64,000 nucleotides of DNA from an uncultured Solirubrobacterales bacterium (GTDB taxonomy: Bacteria; Actinomycetota; Thermoleophilia; Solirubrobacterales; 70-9). Positions 45,119 to 53,088 of this stretch are shown piece after piece. The DNA is taken from assembly GCA_963788975.1 (NCBI GenBank), contig CAWBIJ010000003.1, forward strand, positions 71,156 to 135,155, in the 5' to 3' direction. Both the position numbers and the translations under genes were made by a program. The notes under the pieces are model-generated. The model had not been told where the DNA came from and ran no database searches. It was given only the letters and a program-made list of their open reading frames with translations. Each line of letters starts with the position of its first letter. Within the stretch, counting starts at the first letter, position 1.

Positions 45119-46377
45119 CTCGAGAAGCGCCTCAGGAAGATCACTCCCATCAGTATCACGAATCCCGCCAGTCCAATCGCGATCGCGTTGTCGCTGACGA
45201 AGCTGCGGGCGCGGTCGATCGCACTTGCCTTCGGCACGGCTCGCCCGGCCCTGAGCGTCGCCACGGCGGCGCGGCGGCCATCGATAAAGACGGCGGCCCG
45301 TCCAAGCGCCGCACCACGGCGGATCGGCCCCTCGACCTCGGCCGGAGCGCGCACGGCGACCATCAGGCGCTGATCTCGGCGAACGCCGATCTCGATCGTG
45401 CGCGCCGCTCGCAGCGGCAGCTCACCGCCGGAGTAGCGGATCGATGCCTCGGACAGCTCCTGGCCTCGGCGGATCGGCGTTCGCGGCCGGTAGCGGGAAA
45501 AGCCGTACTCGAGCAGGCGGGTGGTCTCCAGGTCGCGCGCGGACTCGGTCCAGGTGCCAAGCACGGCGGAGATCAGCTCCACCCCCTTGCGCTCGCCGGA
45601 ACCAACCAGGACGTAGTCGGCGCCGAAGGTGTGGCCGGTCTTTACCCCGGTCGCCCAGGGCTCGGCGAGGAGGAAGTCGTTGAGCGTCTCGATCCGGCGC
45701 GGCGGCTGCAGGCTGCGCAGCTCAGCGCTGCGCGCGTCGGCGATCTTGGCGAAGACTGGGATGTCGAGCAGGCGACGACCCAGTGTGGCGAGGTCGAAGG
45801 CGCTCGAGTAGTTGCCCGCCTCGTCGAGTCCGATCGGGTTCGCGTAGTGAGTGTCGGAGAGGCCGAGGGCTGCCGCCCTCTGGTTCATCTGTCGCACGAA
45901 GCGCGCTTCGGAGCCCGCGGCGGCGAGGGCTAGATCAGCGGCGGCGTCGTTGCCGCTGCGCAGGATTAGCCCGTAGAGCAGGTCACGCACGCTGACCTGC
46001 TGCCCGGGTCGCAGTTCCAACAGCGACTCGCCGAAGATCGCCGGGTACGGGGCGGCTCGCACAATCCGCCTCAGCGGCAACTCCTGCATCGCCACATACG
46101 CGGTCATCATCTTCGTCGTGCTGGCGATCGGCAGCCGCTGGCCTCCCGCGTGCGATGCCAGCACATCGCCGGTACGGGCATCGATCAGCGCCCATGCACG
46201 CGCTTCTAGTTGTGGCGCCACCGCCTCTTCCGCGGGTGGCGCCGTAGGGGGTACCGCCCCTGAGGAAGCTTTAGCTACCGGAAGGGGCGGTGGGTCCCCT
46301 GCGGCGACAGGCCCCGCGGACGAGACGGTCGCGAGCAGGACCAAGCCGAGCAGCACAGCGAGCCGATGGCCGCTCAC
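45115..46377 (-). CDS. D-alanyl-D-alanine carboxypeptidase (S11, PBP5-like)
   Basis: Signal peptide, SxxK (ASTTKMM), SGN (LRSGNDAA), KTG (VKTGHT) and a C-terminal TM anchor. Confidence 0.88.
   Translation of the reverse strand: MSGHRLAVLLGLVLLATVSSAGPVAAGDPPPLPVAKASSGAVPPTAPPAEEAVAPQLEARAWALIDARTGDVLASHAGGQRLPIASTTKMMTAYVAMQELPLRRIVRAAPYPAIFGESLLELRPGQQVSVRDLLYGLILRSGNDAAADLALAAAGSEARFVRQMNQRAAALGLSDTHYANPIGLDEAGNYSSAFDLATLGRRLLDIPVFAKIADARSAELRSLQPPRRIETLNDFLLAEPWATGVKTGHTFGADYVLVGSGERKGVELISAVLGTWTESARDLETTRLLEYGFSRYRPRTPIRRGQELSEASIRYSGGELPLRAARTIEIGVRRDQRLMVAVRAPAEVEGPIRRGAALGRAAVFIDGRRAAVATLRAGRAVPKASAIDRARSFVSDNAIAIGLAGFVILMGVIFLRRFSR
46232..46317. repeat. 86-bp segment shared with 42810-42895
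   Basis: In frame in the carboxypeptidase gene just after its signal peptide ([29 protein letters not shown]). Confidence 0.85.
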
Positions 46378-46691
46378 CGCAGCTTGAGCTTTTCGCCGGA
46401 GACGAGGATCTGGGGATCGACACCGGGGTTGAGTTCCTCGATCTGTCGTAGGGGTACCCCCGTCTTACGGGCGATCGAGGTGAGGGTGTCGCCGTTCTGG
46501 ACGACGTAGGCGCTGACCACCTTGCGCTGGCCATCGCCCGCCTTCCGCGTCACCTGACCCGCCGGCCTGCGGCCGTCCGAGTCGTCGGAGTCGCCGTCGA
46601 GCGAGCCGCTGACGACTGCGATGAGGACGACGAAGCTGGCGACCAGGGCGATGGTCGCGAGGATGCGGGCAGTGGCTGAGGACTTGGCCAT
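46374..46691 (-). CDS. LysM domain protein with N-terminal membrane anchor
   Basis: YVVQNGDTLTSIARKTGVPLRQIEELNPGVDPQILVSGEKLKL. Confidence 0.8.
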   Translation of the reverse strand: MAKSSATARILATIALVASFVVLIAVVSGSLDGDSDDSDGRRPAGQVTRKAGDGQRKVVSAYVVQNGDTLTSIARKTGVPLRQIEELNPGVDPQILVSGEKLKLR

Positions 46692-46703
46692 GGGGGGGCG
46701 AGA

Positions 46704-47588
46704 TTATGCGGTTGAGACGTCCCAGACCGTGGCGCGCAGGCGCTCGGCTGCTGCCGCCGGGTCGGGCTCGCCGGCGATGCCGCGGGAGACCGGGACCAGG
46801 GCCGCCGCCGGGTGCGGAGCGAAGGCCGGCCCCAACAGCTCAGGCTGCCCGCCCTGGGCGCCGACGCCTGGGATCAGGAAAACCGCGCGTGGCATCAGCT
46901 CCCGCAGGCGGGCGATGTGCTGAGGCGCGGTGGCACCGACGACGGCGCCCATCCCGCTCAAGCCACTCTCCCCCAGCAGCCGCTCCGAGAGGCTGTCGAC
47001 CATGACGGCGAGGATCTCGTGCAGCGGCTGCTGGGGGGCCGGCAGGTCCTGGATCCCAGCGGCCCCCGGATTGCTGGTTCGGACCAGGGCGAAGACGCCA
47101 GCGCCGGCCTCCGCCGCCGCTGCGACGAACGGCTCGAGCGCGTCCTCGCCGAGCAGCGGGTTGGCGGTGAAGGCATCGACCCCCAGGCCCGGAACCGGTC
47201 CGAGGGGCGTCGGCGTCTCCCCGACCAGAGCCTGGGCATAGGCCGCCGCAGTGACTGGAACGTCGCCGCGCTTGCCGTCGGCGATCGTCAGCAGGCCGGC
47301 CTCGCTGGCGCTCGCGCAGACGCTGGCCAGTGCCGCCCATCCCGGCGCCCCTAGGCGCTCGAAGCAGGCGAGCTGCGGCTTGATCGCGACACAGGCAGGA
47401 CCGGCGCGCTCGATCAGCGAGCGGCAGTGCGTCGCGACAGCGTCGGCGACCCGCTCGGCAACCGGAGTGTCCCCACTGGCCTCAACGGCGGCGAGCTGCG
47501 CCGGGTCAGGGTCGAGGCCAAGGCAGATCTGGCTGCGGCGCTCCTCGACGAGCGCCGCAAGCCGATCTGCAAAGAAGCTCGAACTCAG
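46704..47588 (-). CDS. pyrF: orotidine-5'-phosphate decarboxylase (type 2), non-canonical start
   Basis: My translation upstream of listed ORF 46704-47003 stays open and reads SSSFFADRLAALVEERRSQICLGLDPDP...AIKPQLACFE...LLTIADGKRGDV...ALVRTSNPG. No ATG/GTG/TTG is available. The CTG at 47586-47588 overlaps the hup stop (CTGA). Confidence 0.8.
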   Translation of the reverse strand: MSSSFFADRLAALVEERRSQICLGLDPDPAQLAAVEASGDTPVAERVADAVATHCRSLIERAGPACVAIKPQLACFERLGAPGWAALASVCASASEAGLLTIADGKRGDVPVTAAAYAQALVGETPTPLGPVPGLGVDAFTANPLLGEDALEPFVAAAAEAGAGVFALVRTSNPGAAGIQDLPAPQQPLHEILAVMVDSLSERLLGESGLSGMGAVVGATAPQHIARLRELMPRAVFLIPGVGAQGGQPELLGPAFAPHPAAALVPVSRGIAGEPDPAAAAERLRATVWDVSTA

Positions 47589-47863
47589 CCTTTGACCTTG
47601 GCCTTGAGCGCGGAGCCAGCCGAGAAGCGCGGCACTTTGCCGCCCGGAATCGTGATCCGCTCGCCGGTGCGCGGGTTAACGCCCTGGCGGGGGCCACGCT
47701 CGGCGACGTGGAACTTGCCGAAGCCGGTGAAGCTGACCTCGCCGCCACTGCTCAGCGTGTCGGTGATCGCGTCGAGGACCGCATCAACCGCGTCGCCGGC
47801 GGCTTTCTTGCTGCCCACTCGGGCGTCTCCTGCCAGTTGGTCCAGAAACTCAGCCTTAGTCAC
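47585..47863 (-). CDS. hup: HU family DNA-binding protein
   Basis: MTKAEFLDQLA...VSFTGFGKFHVAERGPRQGVNPRTGERITIPGGKVPRFSAG. Confidence 0.95.
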   Translation of the reverse strand: MTKAEFLDQLAGDARVGSKKAAGDAVDAVLDAITDTLSSGGEVSFTGFGKFHVAERGPRQGVNPRTGERITIPGGKVPRFSAGSALKAKVKG

Positions 47864-47930
47864 GTCGAAGCTCCTCCGTCATCCATCGGTGGTCAGGTCG
47901 GCGGCAATCTAACAGCGCAAACGGCGGCTG

Positions 47931-48090
47931 GAGGGCCCAGTGAAACCCATGTCTGTGGCTGGCGAGCGCCGGACCAAGCGGGGCAAGGACGCAGGGAGGC
48001 CGAATAGCACCGCTATTTGGCCGACCGAGGACGCCGCACCGCGCTGCGTCCGCCGCCGCCAGGCGCGGGCAGGGGTTTCACTGGGCCCTC
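47931..48090. repeat. palindromic intergenic repeat, long form (copy D)
   Basis: Perfect 18-bp terminal inverted repeats GAGGGCCCAGTGAAACCC / GGGTTTCACTGGGCCCTC. The central loop is AATAGCACCGCTATT. The core is near-identical to copy A. Confidence 0.85.
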
Positions 48091-49434
48091 CTAGGAGCCG
48101 CTAACCGACATCTCGCCGATCAGCAGGGGTGGGGTGCTGACCGAACCGCCGAACGGCACCCAGCGTGCTTCGGCGCCAACAGCGCGGATCGCCTTCAGCA
48201 TCGAGACCAGATCGCCGGCGATCGTGAACTCCCGGATCGGCTCGGCGAGCGCCCCTTCCCGGATCGTCCGCCCCGCGGCCCCCACCGAGAAGATGCCCGA
48301 CACCGGGTTGACGCCGGAGTGGAGACCGGCCACATCGGTGACGTAGACCCCGTCGCCGGCCGCGGCCAGCATCTGGTCGAACTCGAGCGAGCCGGTCGCG
48401 ACGACCAGGTTGGATGGCGAGACCGAGGGCTGGGAGCGGTAGCTGCTGCGCCCAGCGTTCGCCGTGGAAGAGACCTCGCCGCGCCGGGCGGTGTAGGTGT
48501 CGTAGAGGAAGGTGAGTAGCCGCCCCGACTCGACCAGGGGGGTGCGGCGCCGCGGCGTGCCCTCGGCGTCAAAGGGCGCGGACCCGAAACCTTCCGGGTC
48601 GAGCCCGTCGTCGTGCACCGAGAGCGCCTCGGCCCCGATCTCCTCGCCGACGCGGTCGGCGAACGGCGAGCGGCCGCGCTGTACGGCGGTTGCGCCGAGC
48701 GCCCCGCCCAGAAACGAGACGAAGCTGGCGGCGACGGTCGCGTCGAGAACGACGGGGCAGGAGCGGGACTGCGGCTTGGCGGCACCGACCATCGAGGCGG
48801 CCCGCTCTCCTCCCTCGCGGCCGATCGCGGCCGGATCGAGTCCGGCCGGGCCGCGCGCCAGCCCAAATCCGAGGCCGGTCTCCTTGCCGCCCTCGCCCTC
48901 CGCCAGCGCCTGCAGGTAGGCATGGCAGCTCGATGACTCGTACTCGCCGGCGACGCCGCGGGAAGAAGCGATCGCGACCTGTTCGGCGCTGTCAGCGTAG
49001 ACCGCCTGTTCGACCGCAACGACGCGAGGATCGGCATCCAACCCGCCGCGCTCGACCGCTAGCGCCAGCTCGACCAGGCGCGCTGCCGGCCACTCCGCGA
49101 CCGAGCGGTCGCTGAGCTCCAGGGTGGCCGCCGGCTCGCCACCACTCGGCGGCCCGGCAAACTCGTCCTCGTCGGCAACTTGCGCCATTGCGACAGCACG
49201 GTCGGCGAGCGCCGAGACGCCGTCGTCGGAGAGATCGGTCCCGTAGGCATAGCCGCCCCGCTGGCCGATCCAGGCGCGAACGCCGACGCCGCGCTGCGTG
49301 GCGGCGGTCAAGCTCTCGACGGCACCGTCGTGCACGCGCACCTCGCGTCCCGTGTCTGAGGCGGCGTAGGCCTCCGCGTCGGTGGCGCCGGCGGCAAGCG
49401 TCGCCTCGACGGCACGCTCGGCGAACTCGATCAT
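48091..49434 (-). CDS. pmbA: TldD/PmbA family metalloprotease, PmbA-type subunit
   Basis: Whole-length PmbA_TldD pattern, with a C-terminal ...GGSVSTPPLLIGEMSVSG. Confidence 0.85.
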   Translation of the reverse strand: MIEFAERAVEATLAAGATDAEAYAASDTGREVRVHDGAVESLTAATQRGVGVRAWIGQRGGYAYGTDLSDDGVSALADRAVAMAQVADEDEFAGPPSGGEPAATLELSDRSVAEWPAARLVELALAVERGGLDADPRVVAVEQAVYADSAEQVAIASSRGVAGEYESSSCHAYLQALAEGEGGKETGLGFGLARGPAGLDPAAIGREGGERAASMVGAAKPQSRSCPVVLDATVAASFVSFLGGALGATAVQRGRSPFADRVGEEIGAEALSVHDDGLDPEGFGSAPFDAEGTPRRRTPLVESGRLLTFLYDTYTARRGEVSSTANAGRSSYRSQPSVSPSNLVVATGSLEFDQMLAAAGDGVYVTDVAGLHSGVNPVSGIFSVGAAGRTIREGALAEPIREFTIAGDLVSMLKAIRAVGAEARWVPFGGSVSTPPLLIGEMSVSGS

Positions 49435-49498
49435 GAGTCACCTTCGCGCTTCGCTCGCGGCGCGAATAACCAGACATGCACGCTTGCTCGCTCCGCGC

Positions 49499-50890
49499 TC
49501 ACGCCGTCCCCCCGACTGTCATCGCGGCGATCCGGACGTGCCCCTGGCCGGTTCCGACCGGGACGCGCTGCCCACCCTTGCCGCAGATCCCCGTCTTCAT
49601 CTCGAAGTCGCTGCCGAGCGCGTCGATCGCCGCCAGGGCATCGAGGCAGTTGCCAACCAGGGTCGCGCCTCGGCACGGCCGGGTCAGGCGCCCGTCCTCG
49701 ATCAGGTATCCCTCGGAGACGCCGAAGACGAAGTCCCCGGTCGCCGGCTCAACCTGCCCGCCGGCGAACGAGGCGGCGTAGAAGCCCCGCTTCACCTCGG
49801 CGATCATCGCCTCCGGCTCAGCTTCTCCCGGCGCGATGTAGGTGTTGGTCATGCGCGGGATCGGCAAGTGGCGGAAGCTCTCGCGACGGCCGTTGCCGGT
49901 GGAGGCGACGTCATCGCGGCCGGCGCAAAGGCGGTCGTAGAGGAAGGAGGTGAGCCGGCCTTCCTCGATCACCAGCGTCTTCTGGGTCGGGGCGCCCTCG
50001 TCGTCGATCGAGTCGCTGCCCCACTCGTTCGGCATGCGACCGTCGTCATAGGCGTTGAGCAGGGGTTGCGCCACCTGCTCGCCGAGCTTGCCGGTATAGA
50101 CGCTCGCGTCCTTCTGGATGTGGTCCGCCTCCAGCCCGTGCCCGGTCATCTCATGGAAGAGGACGCCGCCAAACCCACCCGCGACTACGACCGGCATCGA
50201 GCCCGAGGGGGCGGGCGAAGCGTCGAGCAAGTTCAGCGCCTTACCGGCAGCCTGCTCGGCAATCGCCCCGGGATCGCCGTCGAAGAGCTCAAATCCGCGA
50301 TGACCACCCAGCGTCTCGGCGCCGGTCTCGACCGTGTCGCCGCGTCGAGCCACTGTCTGGACTCCGATCCGGACCCTGGTGCGATCGTCAGTCGCGAGGA
50401 GGCCCTCGGAGTTGGCAACCGCGATCTCGCGGCGTGCCTCGGCGTAGGACGCCGTCAACTGCGCGATCTCGCTGCCGGCGGCGCGGCCGCGCTCGTCGAG
50501 CTCCCGCAGTAGGGCGGCCTTGTGATCGGCGGGAACCTCCTCGGGACGGCGCTCGACCGGCTGCGGCGTCGTGGCGACCGCCGTTAGGGGGCGAGGCTCA
50601 CGCCGCTCTCCGCGCAGTGCCGAGGCGGCTTCGGTGGCGGCTCGCTCCAGGTCGGCGGGGTCGAGGCCGTCGACGTGGGCGAAGTAGGCGGTACCGCCGC
50701 TGATTACTCGTACTCCCGCCCCCTCCTCGTCGCCCGCCTGAACCGACTCGATCCGCGACTCGTCGATCGACATCGTCTGGCCGCCGCGCCGTTCGGCGAA
50801 GATCTCGGCGAACTCGCCGCCCGCGGCAAGGGCGCGGGCGAGAACGCGCTCGGCTACCTCGGGCTCGAGCAGCTCACTGGAGGTGCTCAC
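49499..50890 (-). CDS. tldD: metalloprotease TldD
   Basis: HExxxH motif HEMTGHGLEADH and a C-terminal GICGKGGQRVPVGTG. GTG start. Confidence 0.9.
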   Translation of the reverse strand: MSTSSELLEPEVAERVLARALAAGGEFAEIFAERRGGQTMSIDESRIESVQAGDEEGAGVRVISGGTAYFAHVDGLDPADLERAATEAASALRGERREPRPLTAVATTPQPVERRPEEVPADHKAALLRELDERGRAAGSEIAQLTASYAEARREIAVANSEGLLATDDRTRVRIGVQTVARRGDTVETGAETLGGHRGFELFDGDPGAIAEQAAGKALNLLDASPAPSGSMPVVVAGGFGGVLFHEMTGHGLEADHIQKDASVYTGKLGEQVAQPLLNAYDDGRMPNEWGSDSIDDEGAPTQKTLVIEEGRLTSFLYDRLCAGRDDVASTGNGRRESFRHLPIPRMTNTYIAPGEAEPEAMIAEVKRGFYAASFAGGQVEPATGDFVFGVSEGYLIEDGRLTRPCRGATLVGNCLDALAAIDALGSDFEMKTGICGKGGQRVPVGTGQGHVRIAAMTVGGTA

Positions 50891-51087
50891 GGCCGCGACC
50901 GCTTTCCGGCGACCTCGATCAGGCGGCCCGCCGCGACGAAGAGCTCACCGCCAGCGACAGAGTCAGCGGCGTGGTCGCTGCCACGGCCACCGGAGTAGTA
51001 GAGGCGGGCAAAGGGCCGGCGGGCGACGCGACGTCGCCGCATGTAGGCCGCGGCCTCGTCGGCGTAGCCAGAGACGCGGTCGAGCAA
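50887..51087 (-). CDS. possible 66-aa protein coupled to tldD
   Basis: TTG start in the frame of listed ORF 50887-51363, giving (M)LDRVSGYADEAAAYMRRRRVARRPFARLYYSGGRGSDHAADSVAGGELFVAAGRLIEVAGKRSRP. GC3 is high and the stop overlaps the tldD GTG (GTGA). I see no clear RBS. Confidence 0.35.
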   Translation of the reverse strand: MLDRVSGYADEAAAYMRRRRVARRPFARLYYSGGRGSDHAADSVAGGELFVAAGRLIEVAGKRSRP

Positions 51088-51109
51088 ACGCGGTGGGGCT
51101 TCGGCGGGC

Positions 51110-51508
51110 TCACGACGCGGCGGCCTCCCCGGCGCGTCCGTCCCCACCGCGCGCCAGGTCGCGCAGCACCGAGCGCATGTCGAAGAAGAGCAACGAGGCG
51201 AGAGCGAAGCGGTCGGTAACGGCGATCGCGGTAAGGCCGTCGTGGCGCAGGGCGAAGACCTCGCCCTGCTCGGTCGCGACGTGGATCTGCTGGACCGGCT
51301 CATCGCCAGCCCGGTCGGCCACCTCGAGCAGCGCCCGGGCGTCCTCGCTCCAGCGATCCGCATGGTCGCTCGCCGCCAGCGCCAACCCGGTCGAGTCGAG
51401 GATCGCGCCGCCGCGCAGGTCGGGGGACATCTCGGTCAGGTAAGCGAGCGCGCCCTTGGCAGCGCCGCCTGAGACCGCGTCGGTGGTCGCGTCGGGCATC
51501 TCGGCCAA
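51110..51508 (-). CDS. roadblock/LC7 (MglB-like) domain protein
   Basis: ALAYLTEMSPDLRGGAILDSTGLALAAS...VFALRHDGLTAIAVTDRFALASLLFFDMRSVL. Confidence 0.75.
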   Translation of the reverse strand: MAEMPDATTDAVSGGAAKGALAYLTEMSPDLRGGAILDSTGLALAASDHADRWSEDARALLEVADRAGDEPVQQIHVATEQGEVFALRHDGLTAIAVTDRFALASLLFFDMRSVLRDLARGGDGRAGEAAAS

Positions 51509-51824
51509 AATACCGACCGTGTCCCTGGCTCGAGCTTCCTGGATGGTCGTCGTCGCCGTCTGCGCGATCGCAGTCGTCCTTTTCGCGATCAGTGGCTACA
51601 CCGGCTACTCGATCACCGTCGGCGCCGTCGGCCTCGCCGCCGCGGTGAACCTTCTGCCTAGCCCTTAGTCCCGTCGCGGGGCCTCCAGCCCGGCTGTACA
51701 AAGTGGACAAGAAAGAAAACTCCTGTCTGCCATTCACGCTTCAAGATGTTTATGCAATCCGTCGATGCGCCCCGACTGGCGGGCCAGATCCCGCTTTCTC
51801 GCAATTTGACAAGGGGGATCGAAG

Positions 51825-52295
51825 ATGAGTTGGACGACAGGGAAGCGCATGCTTGTGGCGCTCGGCTGCGTAGCCGCGCTGACGGCCGCGGGCGCAGCCA
51901 TCGCCTATTTCACGTCGAGCGGATCGGGCACCGGAACTGCCGCGGTTGGCTCGAGCTCGGCCGTGACGCTTCACGCCACGATCTCCTCCGACCTCTACCC
52001 CGGCTCCTCCTCGCCGGTATCGCTCACCGTCGACAACCCGTCCTCGGGCTCGCAGCGCGTGGGAACGGTCACCTTGGCGAGCATCTCCGTCGATGTCGGG
52101 CATTCGGCCTGCAGCACCACGATCTCGGGTGGGAACCCAGACTTCACCATGCCCGCGGTCAACGTGAACAAAGTCTTCCCATCTGGGAACGGCCAGAGCG
52201 TGACGCCGAGCGGCACCCTGACGATGAACGAAACCGGCGTCAACCAGGACGCCTGCCAGGGCGCGACCCTGACGCTGAACCTGACCAACAACTGA
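51825..52295 (+). CDS. TasA/camelysin-like exported protein with SipW-type signal peptide
   Basis: TM helix then AIAYFTSSGSGTG, and a C-terminal NETGVNQDACQGATLTLNLT. Compare TasA: GGGTWAAFND ... QNKYQGNSIKLQFSF. Confidence 0.6.
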   Translation: MSWTTGKRMLVALGCVAALTAAGAAIAYFTSSGSGTGTAAVGSSSAVTLHATISSDLYPGSSSPVSLTVDNPSSGSQRVGTVTLASISVDVGHSACSTTISGGNPDFTMPAVNVNKVFPSGNGQSVTPSGTLTMNETGVNQDACQGATLTLNLTNN

Positions 52296-52311
52296 TCCGC
52301 TCCCGTGAAGG

Positions 52312-53088
52312 GTGGTACCCGTAGAGAGAGGCGGCCGCGCTGGAAGCAGCGCGATCCCCGGAGCGCTGATAGCGACGCTCGGTGTGGCCGCCTGCCTCGG
52401 CGTCGTCGCCTACGCGGCTGCGTCGCACGGAGCCGCCGGGACCCGTACCGAGCGCCGGCCAGCCTCCCTGCGGCTCCCGACGCCGACGATCACCAATCAC
52501 CCCAACAAGCTGGCCACATCGACTCGCGCCAGGTTCGGTTTCGCCGTGCGCGGGCGCAACCCGCGCTTCCAGTGCCGCCTCGACCGGCGCGGGTGGCGAG
52601 CCTGTCGGGCGCCGATCGTCTTCGCGGGGCTCGCGCCCGGCAATCACGTGTTCTCCGTGCGAGCGCTAGACCGGCGGCACCGCCGTCGGCACGGGAGGGC
52701 AGCTCGTTTCCGCTGGAGCCTGCTCGCGCCGAAGGACTTCTCGATCGTGCCGCAGCTGGCCGGCCTCGGCTCGCTCTACCCCGGAGCGCCGCCGGTGGCG
52801 CTGCCGCTGACGATCTCCAACCCCAACCCGGTGCCGATCTACGTCACCAGCCTCAGGGTCGCGGCGACCACCAATCCCCCGGGATGCGCGAGCGCCGCGA
52901 ATCTCGATCTGACCCACTCCAGCGTGTCGAGCGCGGCGCCGCTCAGAGTGCCCGCCGGGGGATCGGTGGGATTGCCGGCAGAGGGCGCCTCGGCACCCGC
53001 GATCCAGCTGCGTGACCTGCCCGTCAACCAGGACGCCTGCCAGCGTGCCCAGTTCCCCCTCGCCTTCTTCGGGGAGGCAAGGGGATGA
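52312..53088 (+). CDS. exported protein: N-terminal anchor, Ig-like domain, TasA-like C-terminal domain
   Basis: GVVAYAAAS after the TM helix. An Ig-like segment (RFGFAVRGRNPRFQCRLDRRGWRACRAPIVFAGLAPGNHVFSVRA). The C-terminal domain is paralogous to the previous ORF (LYPGAPPVALPLTISNPN...VNQDACQRAQFPLAFF). Confidence 0.55.
   Translation: MVPVERGGRAGSSAIPGALIATLGVAACLGVVAYAAASHGAAGTRTERRPASLRLPTPTITNHPNKLATSTRARFGFAVRGRNPRFQCRLDRRGWRACRAPIVFAGLAPGNHVFSVRALDRRHRRRHGRAARFRWSLLAPKDFSIVPQLAGLGSLYPGAPPVALPLTISNPNPVPIYVTSLRVAATTNPPGCASAANLDLTHSSVSSAAPLRVPAGGSVGLPAEGASAPAIQLRDLPVNQDACQRAQFPLAFFGEARG

Noticed and set aside
51543-51668. 41-codon hydrophobic ORF (MVVVAVCAIAVVLFAISGYTGYSITVGAVGLAAAVNLLPSP), divergent from the roadblock gene.
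   Set aside because: It is plausible as a small membrane peptide. It has no RBS and no conservation evidence, and it is too short to support, so it is not listed as a feature.
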